A DNA stretch of 64,000 nt from Patescibacteria group bacterium. Lineage in GTDB: Bacteria > Patescibacteriota > WWE3 > UBA101185 > UBA10185. This document shows positions 1 to 8,929 of the stretch, in pieces (within the stretch, counting starts at the first letter, position 1; each line of letters opens with the position of its first letter). Where the stretch lies: contig JBMORU010000001.1 in assembly GCA_049322215.1 (NCBI GenBank), positions 580,023 to 644,022 of the forward strand, read 5' to 3'. Under the pieces are notes generated by a model. The model was not told the origin of the DNA and searched no databases. It saw only the letters and a program-made list of their open reading frames with translations. The position numbers and the translations under genes were made by a program.

Positions 1-1
1 C

Positions 2-556
2 GACTTAGCTGATGGGAGTAACTATAGATTTGGTACAGGTAACCCTAGAGAACACTACTTAGATACAGATCTTATGCAAGAGAGATGTACTTATGAAACG
101 ATTGAAACGAAACTTGGCTTAAGAGAGGTACCAATACTTTACGGCATGGGGGTTATAATTCGCCATGACGATAATCCATGCGTTGCCACGGCATATCACC
201 ATCTGCAGGGTCTAAATCCAGCACTAAAAGTCGGAGATCACATTGAACACCATGATGCTAACGGAGATAGAACAATTCTTGGAGAAATGGGACGCTCTGG
301 TGATGCAAACCTAAACAAATTCATTCACCTACACTTTGATGTGAGATGGGATTGTGCAGAGAACCCAACATTCACACATACGACTAAGTTTGACCCATTT
401 GGATGGTCTGGTAACGGTGCTGATACACTAGGTTTGATGTATAACAACCCAGCTAGCCTTTATTTATGGGGGTGCACAGAGGTTTATAAAGAAGGGGACG
501 CCTATAAATATGATTATAGTTCGTCTCTAAAACCTTGCGTAAACAGAAACAACTAA
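2..556 (+). CDS. M23-family metallopeptidase, C-terminal part (5'-truncated by window edge)
   Basis: Frame is open from position 2; M23 motifs TAYHHL...G.MGRSG...HLHFDVR...FDPF. Confidence 0.75.
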   Translation, partial: DLADGSNYRFGTGNPREHYLDTDLMQERCTYETIETKLGLREVPILYGMGVIIRHDDNPCVATAYHHLQGLNPALKVGDHIEHHDANGDRTILGEMGRSGDANLNKFIHLHFDVRWDCAENPTFTHTTKFDPFGWSGNGADTLGLMYNNPASLYLWGCTEVYKEGDAYKYDYSSSLKPCVNRNN

Positions 557-561
557 ATATA

Positions 562-603
562 AAGGGGTTAAGTTTACATAGATATACTTGATCCCTTTTT
601 TTT
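562..603 (+). terminator. Long-stem intrinsic terminator
   Basis: aaggggttaagt...acttgatccctt followed by a T-run just after the stop codon. Confidence 0.7.
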
Positions 604-618
604 GCTACCATGATAGCA

Positions 619-1410
619 ATGGAAGTAATACTTCAGAAAAAAACACCTATACTTATTGTACTACTCATATTTTTGGGCGCTATATCGTATGGGGCGGTTG
701 AGCAAAATGCGAAACCCCAGTTTGGAGAACATAGTACTGATATAAAGGAGAACATAGTACGGTTCGAAGGTGTGGATAACTCACCAAAATTCATTACTGA
801 ATACGACTGTACTATAAATACCGACTTATATAATACCTCCTATGATGGTTGTTTGGCATATTTCCAAAAAGGTGTAGATAATGAATTAGCCTTCAGTATA
901 GTTATGCCTATAGAGTGGCTTGGAAGTACAGCTACCTTTGAAAAAGGACAGGGAGGCCGTGTGTCAGAATTTATAGTTGGGAATAAGGATTATTTCATTA
1001 GAGTCGGTCCAGGTTTAGAAGGAGGCAATATCAACGACCTGTGGTCAGAGTATGAGGGAAATCACCCGGTAGATTATGGTAAAGGAATAGACTATGATAG
1101 AGATTCAACTTCATTTGCAATAAAATCTGCAGAAGGATATAGCAATATTATCGAATACTTTCCAGAAAATTACGGTAAAAATATAGACCACTTTGATCAA
1201 ACCAAAGTAATTTCACCAGAAAAAGATTACAGATACTTAAAATTTATAAAATACAAACCTTATGAAAACAATGGAACAACAAATGATTATTGGGAAATAT
1301 ACGATGTGATCTTTAATAAAAATAAAACCTCTTACGAAACAGTGCTAGAAGTAGTAGATACTATTGATACACAAAATCTTGCAGAAACATATAAATTGTT
1401 TAATGAGTAG
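619..1410 (+). CDS. Secreted/membrane-anchored hypothetical protein
   Basis: N-terminal KK + hydrophobic segment; start placed at ATG 619, 7 nt after TGcTACCAT. Confidence 0.7.
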   Translation: MEVILQKKTPILIVLLIFLGAISYGAVEQNAKPQFGEHSTDIKENIVRFEGVDNSPKFITEYDCTINTDLYNTSYDGCLAYFQKGVDNELAFSIVMPIEWLGSTATFEKGQGGRVSEFIVGNKDYFIRVGPGLEGGNINDLWSEYEGNHPVDYGKGIDYDRDSTSFAIKSAEGYSNIIEYFPENYGKNIDHFDQTKVISPEKDYRYLKFIKYKPYENNGTTNDYWEIYDVIFNKNKTSYETVLEVVDTIDTQNLAETYKLFNE

Positions 1411-1513
1411 AAGCCAAACTTGAACTACCTCAATATGCATGCTTCGTTAATATAATAGGAAATGAAATTCCTCTACAACAAATACGTTTATATATTTCGG
1501 ATTATCACAGTAT

Positions 1514-2295
1514 ATGTATATAACTAAGGCAAGTAAAAGCTTAATAATTGTACTTCTGTCAGCTATAACACTTGGTGGCATAGCATTAGCATGGAAAAAC
1601 AACCCTTATGGAAACGATGTACCTGCACAGGTAAATGAGACGCCTAAAGAAAATAAAGACGAAACAGTAACCTACAAAGGAATAAAATGCTTCACTGAAG
1701 ATAGCACATTTCCTTATCTTAATAAAAACATAAAAGATGGGCTTTGTGAAAAATACTTTAGTAGATACTCGGACAGGAGCAAAACATTTACTATATTTAC
1801 TCAATGTTAATTCCAGAAGAAATTATACAAATCCAAAGATACTCTGATTTTCCAAGTAGTTATAGAGGTTTGGAATTATATACACCTAACTTAGCAATCG
1901 CAATTTCTTATGTAGTTGAGTTTAATTCCGGAAATTATCAAGACTTGATAAAGATTAGCGATATCCCATTAACACAGCAACCAAATTTTTTAAGTGAAAA
2001 TTACACATATGCACCAACTACATATTTAGGGAATACTGCTATGAGAATTTACCCTAAACTGGAAAATTCGGAAGTAATTGAAAAAAGTGTATTTGGGGAA
2101 AACTATCCAGATGACCTAATCTACGTTAGATATATAGTAAACTCATTTGAGGAAGCTTTAGTAGTAGCAGATATAGTGTATTCCCCTAGTGGAATTTCAC
2201 CCAAAGAGGTTGAAGGCATTATGTCTACGCTAACATTGCAGGAACTACCTTCTACACCTATACAACCTTCCTCAAAACCCCTAAATAATCTATAA
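1514..2295 (+). pseudogene. Secreted hypothetical protein split into two overlapping ORFs (1514-1810, 1804-2295); probable frameshift
   Basis: First part has a signal anchor; the joined product resembles the 619-1410 protein (DGLCEKYF...YSMLIPEE vs DGCLAYF...FSIVMPIE). Confidence 0.5.
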
Positions 2296-2302
2296 TGCCC
2301 CC

Positions 2303-3583
2303 ATGGAACAACCAATTCCTACTAATCAAGATTCTGATCCAGTTTTAAACTCTGCCTTCACAAAAAAAATACGCAAACAAGGTTTGCGCTTAATTGGCCT
2401 GTTTTTCCTTTTAGTTATTTTGGCTTTGGCACTAAATTACGCTTCTACAAGAAATAGCAAAAATACTCAAAATCATGAATCTGCAATTTCTCAAGAAACT
2501 CAAACTGCAGAATCAACAACAAACATAGTTCCCGAGTCAATACCTGAGCAAAACGAAATTTCTGCTGAAGAAAAAGCGAACGCTACAGAACCTTTATATA
2601 TTAGTTATTTAGTTCCTGTTGATGGTAAAAAGTTTATATACTACGTAAGTAACGGTGATTTATGGAAACTATCTTTAGTTGAGCCTTACCGTAAAACTTT
2701 GGTTTTAGATGCTACTAGAGATATTATAGATTTTGATGTTTCCCCTAACGAAAATCTAATTGCATACACGTTTAATACAGATATAGCCCCTGATAATTCA
2801 GACTACTATTTAAATGGTGTATCTATTTACAACCTTGAAACACAACAAGAAAGTGAAGTTTGGCGTGCACAGGATGTAACTAAACACAGAAATATCAGAA
2901 GTATAAAGTTTTCTCCTGACGGTAATCAATTATTTTTTACTGGTAATGCTATTTGGGTTACCCCAGTTTCAGAATCAAATATACAAGAATGGCATTATGT
3001 TGAACCAAATAAGTTTTGTGGTTATTACTATATAGATGATATTAGCCCAAACTTAGAAAATATTTTAATTCGTAATGGCTGCTATGAAGGAAGTGAACAA
3101 TGGGTAATAGACTACAAAACAGGGGAAAAGGTAACTACGGTTTCGAATGGTTATATAGGTGGTGGTATATGGTTAATTGGTTTTATTGATGATTTTAACC
3201 TGCTTGGTTACGATAATCGAACTTATTTAACAGACATCGACCCTGAAACTCAAAAAACGCTAAGATTAAATACGCTAAACGTTGGTACTGAAAAATTAAC
3301 GCCTTTAGAGGCTACCATTAATACGCTATATTTTGATTCTTCAATACTTTATACCTTTAATAACGATTTTTACCTAATAAATAGATGGGAAGATATTTAT
3401 TTAGCTTTTAACCCAAATACAGAAGAAGTGTACACAGTTGACGAAACAACCCCTATTTTAATTGTTGATAACATTGCAGATGCTCTATGGTTGTCTACAC
3501 TGGAGCAAGATACTTACACAAAAATTGATGCAGAATATTACGGTGACATAGATGTTTATACGCCACGGTTTAAGTTATACTAA
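2303..3583 (+). CDS. Membrane-anchored beta-propeller (TolB/WD40-like) protein
   Basis: One TM helix, S/T/E/Q-rich linker, repeats FDVSPNENLIAY, IKFSPDGNQLFF, DISPNLENILI. Confidence 0.7.
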   Translation: MEQPIPTNQDSDPVLNSAFTKKIRKQGLRLIGLFFLLVILALALNYASTRNSKNTQNHESAISQETQTAESTTNIVPESIPEQNEISAEEKANATEPLYISYLVPVDGKKFIYYVSNGDLWKLSLVEPYRKTLVLDATRDIIDFDVSPNENLIAYTFNTDIAPDNSDYYLNGVSIYNLETQQESEVWRAQDVTKHRNIRSIKFSPDGNQLFFTGNAIWVTPVSESNIQEWHYVEPNKFCGYYYIDDISPNLENILIRNGCYEGSEQWVIDYKTGEKVTTVSNGYIGGGIWLIGFIDDFNLLGYDNRTYLTDIDPETQKTLRLNTLNVGTEKLTPLEATINTLYFDSSILYTFNNDFYLINRWEDIYLAFNPNTEEVYTVDETTPILIVDNIADALWLSTLEQDTYTKIDAEYYGDIDVYTPRFKLY

Positions 3584-3656
3584 ACGCAAATTGACTACGA
3601 CTTATATTTGCGCTAGTCTATATGAAGTTCCAAGTTTAAGGATCAATTAGTGTCTT

Positions 3657-5384
3657 ATGGCAAAAAACACCACTAAAAAGAAGTCTAAAACAACAAAGAA
3701 TTTTAAGATAGCCGTAGGGTATCCGCCCATACAAACAGACAAAGGAGTTCCGCTACTTTCTCAAAACAGACAATTTCAGTTTTTTAATGCTAAAACTTAC
3801 ATTTACCCTATGGTTCCAGCTTATGCAGCATCGCGTGCACAGGAGCAGGGTTATGATGTTGTATGGTTAGACGGAATCGCAGAAGAACGGTCTTATGATG
3901 AATGGATTGAGCAGCTAAAACAAGAGAAACCCGATATGCTAATGGTAGAAACAAAGTCTCCAGTTGTTAAGCAGCACTGGAAAATCATAGATGACTTGAA
4001 AGCTAAATTTCCAAATATGATTTTGGTTTGGGTGGGAGATCAAGTAACCTTCAGACCCAAAGAAACTATGGATAATAGTAAAGTCGATTATATTATTACC
4101 GGCGGTGATTACGACTTTATGCTAACAGATTTAGCTGATTCTATTACTAAAGGAAAAGAATTAGTTGGTGGCATTTGGGGGCGTGCCAACGATACGAGAG
4201 TGAAGCTTTCGGATTTTATAAAATATGAGGACTCTGATATTACAAATGAAAAAGAGGCATACTGGGTGAGTGGTCCCTTAAAGCAAACTCATAACTTAGA
4301 TGAACTCCCTTTTGTTGATCGTGACTTAACTAAATGGAAACTATACGCATATGCAAATGGTAACTATAAATATACTCCCGCAACTTACATGTACAGTGGA
4401 AAAGATTGTTGGTGGAACAGGTGTACCTTTTGTGTTTGGGATCATACTATAAATCCAATAGGTACTTACCGCAGATTTTCTCCCGAAAGATTATTCGCAG
4501 AAATAAAACATGTTGTAGATAATTACGGTGTAAGAGAAATATTTGATGATGCAGGAACTTTATTTGTAGGTCCCCCTTTAAAGAAATTTTGCCAATTAAT
4601 GATTGATTCTGGCTATAACAAAAAAGTAGTTTTAGGTTGTAACATGCGTTTAAACGCCTTAACTCAGGAATATTACGATTTAATGGGCGAGGCTAATTTT
4701 AGATTTATTTTATACGGAATGGAATCAGGCAACAAAGAAACTTTGGACCGTTTGGACAAAGGGTTAAAAGTACACCAAATAGAAGAGGGTGTTCGCATGG
4801 CAAAAAAAGCTGGATTAGAACCTCACTTAACAATAATGCTTGGTTATCCTTGGGAAACTAAAGAAATGGCTCAAAACACAATTGCGGTTGCAAAACGCTG
4901 TTTTAAAAAAGGTTATGTAGACACAATGCAGGCTACCATTGTAATTCCTTATCCTGGAACACCTTTATATAAGGAATGTGTAGAAAATGATTGGTTACTT
5001 GTAGATAAAGATGATTACGAGGCTTTTGATATGAGAGCTCCAGTTATGAAAATTCCTTTTAGTCAGGCAGAACTTATGGAACTCACTCAAGAGCTTTATT
5101 CATCATTTTTTACCCCTCAATACATTTTAAGAAAAGTAATGTCTGTGCGAAATTATGATGATGTTAAGTTTTTAGTATATTCTGCCTGGAAAATTGTTGG
5201 CCACTTGTTAGACTTTGACGAAGAGCAAACAAAAGTAAGCATGGCTTCCCCTAAATTTTGGGGTAGAGCAGCAAAAAGCTTAATAACACATCTATTGCCA
5301 AAGAAAAAAGATAAAGAAGTTGAGGAAATGATAAAAGAATCTGCAGAAATTGAAGCCAAACAAAAAGCTAAAATTAAGATTTAG
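3657..5384 (+). CDS. Cobalamin-binding (class B) radical SAM protein
   Basis: N-terminal B12-binding-like domain; CWWNRCTFC cluster motif; YGMESG, LGYPWET and IPYPGTPLY motifs. Confidence 0.88.
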   Translation: MAKNTTKKKSKTTKNFKIAVGYPPIQTDKGVPLLSQNRQFQFFNAKTYIYPMVPAYAASRAQEQGYDVVWLDGIAEERSYDEWIEQLKQEKPDMLMVETKSPVVKQHWKIIDDLKAKFPNMILVWVGDQVTFRPKETMDNSKVDYIITGGDYDFMLTDLADSITKGKELVGGIWGRANDTRVKLSDFIKYEDSDITNEKEAYWVSGPLKQTHNLDELPFVDRDLTKWKLYAYANGNYKYTPATYMYSGKDCWWNRCTFCVWDHTINPIGTYRRFSPERLFAEIKHVVDNYGVREIFDDAGTLFVGPPLKKFCQLMIDSGYNKKVVLGCNMRLNALTQEYYDLMGEANFRFILYGMESGNKETLDRLDKGLKVHQIEEGVRMAKKAGLEPHLTIMLGYPWETKEMAQNTIAVAKRCFKKGYVDTMQATIVIPYPGTPLYKECVENDWLLVDKDDYEAFDMRAPVMKIPFSQAELMELTQELYSSFFTPQYILRKVMSVRNYDDVKFLVYSAWKIVGHLLDFDEEQTKVSMASPKFWGRAAKSLITHLLPKKKDKEVEEMIKESAEIEAKQKAKIKI

Positions 5385-5398
5385 GCTATACTTGTAAG

Positions 5399-6085
5399 GT
5401 GAAAAATATACTAAAGCAAGACCCTACTATTCCTGTGCATGGGCGTGCAAAAAGAAATTTAACCTTTGTTAGCGATTCTTCCATAAAAAATAAAGATATC
5501 CTTGATATAGGTTGTGGTTATGGGTGGTTTGAACTTAATGCACTAAAAAAAGGTTGTAAGCATATTACTGGTATTGAAATTACAAAAACCGACTTAGCTA
5601 CAGCAAAAAAGTGCATTAAAGACTCACGCGCTGCTTTTAAAATAGGCAGTGCTATAGAATTACCTTTTGAGGATAGCTCCTTTGATACGGTTGTGTGTTG
5701 GGAAGTACTTGAGCACATCCCTAAAAACACGGAATCGCAACTTTTTGCAGAGGCATATAGGGTTTTGCGCTCAGGTGGAGCATTTTATTTATCCACCCCT
5801 CTTCACTCAATTAGCACATATTTAGACCCTGCATGGTGGTTAATTGGGCATCGTCATTATAAACCTTCTAAAGTAAAAAATTTTGCGAAAAAAGCAGGGT
5901 TTGCAATTAAAAAAGTTGAAACTGGTGGCGGATTTTGGGAGATAGTGAACATAAACAGCATACTAATTTGCAAATGGATTTTTCGCCGCGAACCCTTTTT
6001 TTGGGATTTTATAAATAAAAAACGTGATCAGGAATACAAAGGCAAAGGTATTATCAGCATTTTTTTAAGAGCTAAAAAACCTTAA
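5399..6085 (+). CDS. Class I SAM-dependent methyltransferase
   Basis: ILDIGCGYG, LPFEDSSFD, EVLEH, RVLRSGG. Confidence 0.9.
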   Translation: MKNILKQDPTIPVHGRAKRNLTFVSDSSIKNKDILDIGCGYGWFELNALKKGCKHITGIEITKTDLATAKKCIKDSRAAFKIGSAIELPFEDSSFDTVVCWEVLEHIPKNTESQLFAEAYRVLRSGGAFYLSTPLHSISTYLDPAWWLIGHRHYKPSKVKNFAKKAGFAIKKVETGGGFWEIVNINSILICKWIFRREPFFWDFINKKRDQEYKGKGIISIFLRAKKP

Positions 6086-7005
6086 AAACTTTTTCCGGTT
6101 TTCCATAAACTTAAATCTCTTTTCAGTATTTTTTCCAACTCTTCTATGTCTTCTAAGTAATATTCTCGTAATTTATTCTCTAATTTTTTGTTCATTTTTG
6201 GATATTTTTTATTAGTATGTGCAATTTTTTTGTAAATAGTTTTAATAGGATTTGATGTATTTATTATTCTATTTATTACCGGACTAAATCCGGTTTTGTA
6301 TGCGGTATTTACTACTAAATAAACTAAACGCATTAATACCGGAGATCTTATTTGACGTGTTGGGTTTACTCTTTGATGCAAAAATTTTGGTTTAAAGTTT
6401 TTGTCTACACCTAAAAATTTAAAAGCACCTTTTACTACTTTTTCCGGATTATCTCTTATATCGTCCTGCAATATAACATGAACGTTTTCTTGCCCAAAAA
6501 GGCTGTAGAGTTGTTTAATCAATTTTGCCCACTTTGGTTTGCTAGGGTGATAAAAATCGTCTTTAATTTTTGTTTTTAGTGCTTCTTCAAACGAATTGGG
6601 AATTAAGTGATAAATATTAGAATATTTCATATACCAGTACATAGAATGCAAAAAGCTTACTGGGTCTCTAATAGTTACAATTACTTTAATATTTGGAAAA
6701 GCCTTTTTTAATTTTTTTTGAGCTTTGCTATCAAAAATATAGTGAATACTAAACTCACCTTTTGTCTTACTTTTAGCATGAGAAAACTCTTGCGCATATT
6801 TTTCCCAAGATTTTATTCGCTTATTTTCGTAAACAATATTAGTCCAACCTTTAGAGGGAGATAAAAAAAAGTTAACTTCTTTGTGCTTTGAAAATCCAAT
6901 TTCAGGGTGTTCTTTTAAGCATGCCCAAAGCCATTCGGTGCCACATTTTGGAGTTCCTATTCCTATGAAATCTATTTCAAAATCTTTAGGCTTTTTGTCG
7001 TGCAT
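6082..7005 (-). CDS. PAPS-dependent sulfotransferase
   Basis: 5'-PSB loop IGTPKCGT, KEVNFF, 3'-PB motif IRDPVSFLHSMY. Confidence 0.88.
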   Translation of the reverse strand: MHDKKPKDFEIDFIGIGTPKCGTEWLWACLKEHPEIGFSKHKEVNFFLSPSKGWTNIVYENKRIKSWEKYAQEFSHAKSKTKGEFSIHYIFDSKAQKKLKKAFPNIKVIVTIRDPVSFLHSMYWYMKYSNIYHLIPNSFEEALKTKIKDDFYHPSKPKWAKLIKQLYSLFGQENVHVILQDDIRDNPEKVVKGAFKFLGVDKNFKPKFLHQRVNPTRQIRSPVLMRLVYLVVNTAYKTGFSPVINRIINTSNPIKTIYKKIAHTNKKYPKMNKKLENKLREYYLEDIEELEKILKRDLSLWKTGKSF

Positions 7006-7059
7006 TCTGTTGATTATACCGCAGTTTTGTTTATTAACTTAAAATGTTAAAATTTGTGC

Positions 7060-7851
7060 GTGACTGAAGGAATAAGGCAGGAAATAAATACGCATATAAA
7101 CTTGTTAAGAAGTCACTCAATTGAGCCTGATTTTAAATCTATTTACGATTTTCCAGTTTACAATAATATTTTAGTAGAAGACTTACACCTTATAAAAAAG
7201 TTATTTCCACAGGGGAGTAATATTTTAGATTTTGGTTGTGGTCGAGGGACTATTTCATATTTGCTTTCAAATAGTGGCTACAATGTAACAGGTATCGATA
7301 TTGGTTATGAAGATTTAGGCTCAGAATTTACTTCTTATGTTTTTTCTAAAGAAAAACAAAAACCCCTTTGGGATATAACAGCGAAGGCAAGCAAAAAAAA
7401 CATAAACTTTGAGTTTTATGCGGGTTTAGACATGACGCTTGAGGATAACAGCTTTGATGCTGTTGTAGCCTATGCAGTGTTAGAACATGTTGCTGACCTG
7501 TCTTTAACTTTGAACGAACTTCATAGAGTTTTAAAACCAGGAGGTCCTTTGTTTATATCTCGCACGCCAAATAAGCTTTCTCTTTTAGAAAACATGGCAC
7601 AGTTTTTAGGGTTTCCTGCGCACGAAAATACATATAGTTTTAAAGCAATGCAAAGTTATCTAGAAAACTCTGGTTTTAAGGTTATAAGTATTGAACTGGT
7701 GGATTTTTTTCCATCAAATTTACCAACTAAGTTTATAAATAATTTTTATCAAAGTTTTAGTGATGCTCTAATGAAACTAGAATTGTTAGTGAGAAAAACT
7801 CCTATAAATAAGTTTAGTCATCATTTTAGAATAGTTGCTCAAAAGATTTAA
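7060..7851 (+). CDS. Class I SAM-dependent methyltransferase
   Basis: ILDFGCGRG, DNSFDAV, AVLEH, RVLKPGG; GTG 7060 lies 6 nt after TGtTAAAAT. Confidence 0.88.
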   Translation: MTEGIRQEINTHINLLRSHSIEPDFKSIYDFPVYNNILVEDLHLIKKLFPQGSNILDFGCGRGTISYLLSNSGYNVTGIDIGYEDLGSEFTSYVFSKEKQKPLWDITAKASKKNINFEFYAGLDMTLEDNSFDAVVAYAVLEHVADLSLTLNELHRVLKPGGPLFISRTPNKLSLLENMAQFLGFPAHENTYSFKAMQSYLENSGFKVISIELVDFFPSNLPTKFINNFYQSFSDALMKLELLVRKTPINKFSHHFRIVAQKI

Positions 7852-7852
7852 C

Positions 7853-8929
7853 ATGCAGGAATTTAAATACTATCCTAAGGTTTCTTTTATAATGGGTACT
7901 TTGAATGCAGAACGTACTTTACGTGAATGTTTAGCATCTATTCGAATGCAAAACTATCCTCAAGAAAAAATTGAAATTGTTTTGGCCGACGGCGGTTCTA
8001 CTGATAAAACTTTAAAAATTGCAAAAAAGTATGGTGCTGATGTGGTGGAAAACAAATTAGTTACATCTGAATCAGGGAAGGCGGTGGCTTTAAAGGCTTC
8101 TACCGGAGAATTAATATGCTCTATAGATTCAGATAATATTCTTCCAACAAAAAGTTGGTTAAAAAAAATGGTTAAGCCCTTGGTTAAAAACCCTTCTTAT
8201 ATTGGCTCAGAAGCTATTCGTTTTACTTACAGAAAAGAAGACGGTTATATTGATAGATACTGTGCGCTTATAGGCATGAATGACCCTTTATGTATGTGGT
8301 TAGGAACCTATGATCGTATAAATACACTAACCGGGAAATGGACGGGGCTTCCTGTTAAATACAAAAAGAAAAATGGTTACATTGAAGTTTTGTTAGAACA
8401 CGGAAACATTCCAACAATTGGTGCTAACGGTTTTATGCTTAGAAAATCTATTTTTGAAGAAAACTCTGCTTTAGTGGGGGAATATTTGTTTGATGTAGAT
8501 TTACTAGAAATGATAACTGCAAATAAAGGACCCCAAAAATTTGCAAAAGTTTACGTTGGAGTTATACATTTGTATTGTGGATCAAGTTTAAAAAGGTTTT
8601 CTAAAAAACAACTGCGTCGTGTCAAAGATTATTTATACCGAAGAAATGTATCTGATGTGTTTATTACCAATACTTACAATGATAGAAGCTATACTTATGG
8701 GCAAGGTTCTGCATTAGCTTTATTTAAAAATATATTAAGGTTTGCTATTGAAACAGTTTTAGTATTCCCGCTTTTAATACAATCAATACGGGGCTACCTA
8801 AAAGTAAAAGATAAAGCCTGGTTTGCCCACATTATTTTGTGTTGGTTAACTCTACTAATGTATATGTATGGTACTGTCCAAAGTTTTTTTTCACGTAAAG
8901 AATTATCTAGGGAAAACTGGAAACAATGA
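7853..8929 (+). CDS. GT2-family glycosyltransferase
   Basis: PKVSFIMGTLN, ADGGSTDKT, IDSDN (DxD); C-terminal TM helices. Confidence 0.9.
   Translation: MQEFKYYPKVSFIMGTLNAERTLRECLASIRMQNYPQEKIEIVLADGGSTDKTLKIAKKYGADVVENKLVTSESGKAVALKASTGELICSIDSDNILPTKSWLKKMVKPLVKNPSYIGSEAIRFTYRKEDGYIDRYCALIGMNDPLCMWLGTYDRINTLTGKWTGLPVKYKKKNGYIEVLLEHGNIPTIGANGFMLRKSIFEENSALVGEYLFDVDLLEMITANKGPQKFAKVYVGVIHLYCGSSLKRFSKKQLRRVKDYLYRRNVSDVFITNTYNDRSYTYGQGSALALFKNILRFAIETVLVFPLLIQSIRGYLKVKDKAWFAHIILCWLTLLMYMYGTVQSFFSRKELSRENWKQ

Noticed and set aside
1462-1527. 21-codon ORF after TATAAT upstream of 1514
   Set aside because: Too short, out of frame with the downstream gene, and no supporting evidence.
4407-4435. 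CX4CX2C spacing in the radical SAM as a novelty
   Set aside because: This spacing variant is common among cobalamin-dependent radical SAM proteins.
6082-7005. Sulfotransferase on the opposite strand as an invertible or artifactual segment
   Set aside because: It has its own TATAAT 7 nt before the ATG, back-to-back with the next gene's promoter, and I see no flanking inverted repeats or recombinase.
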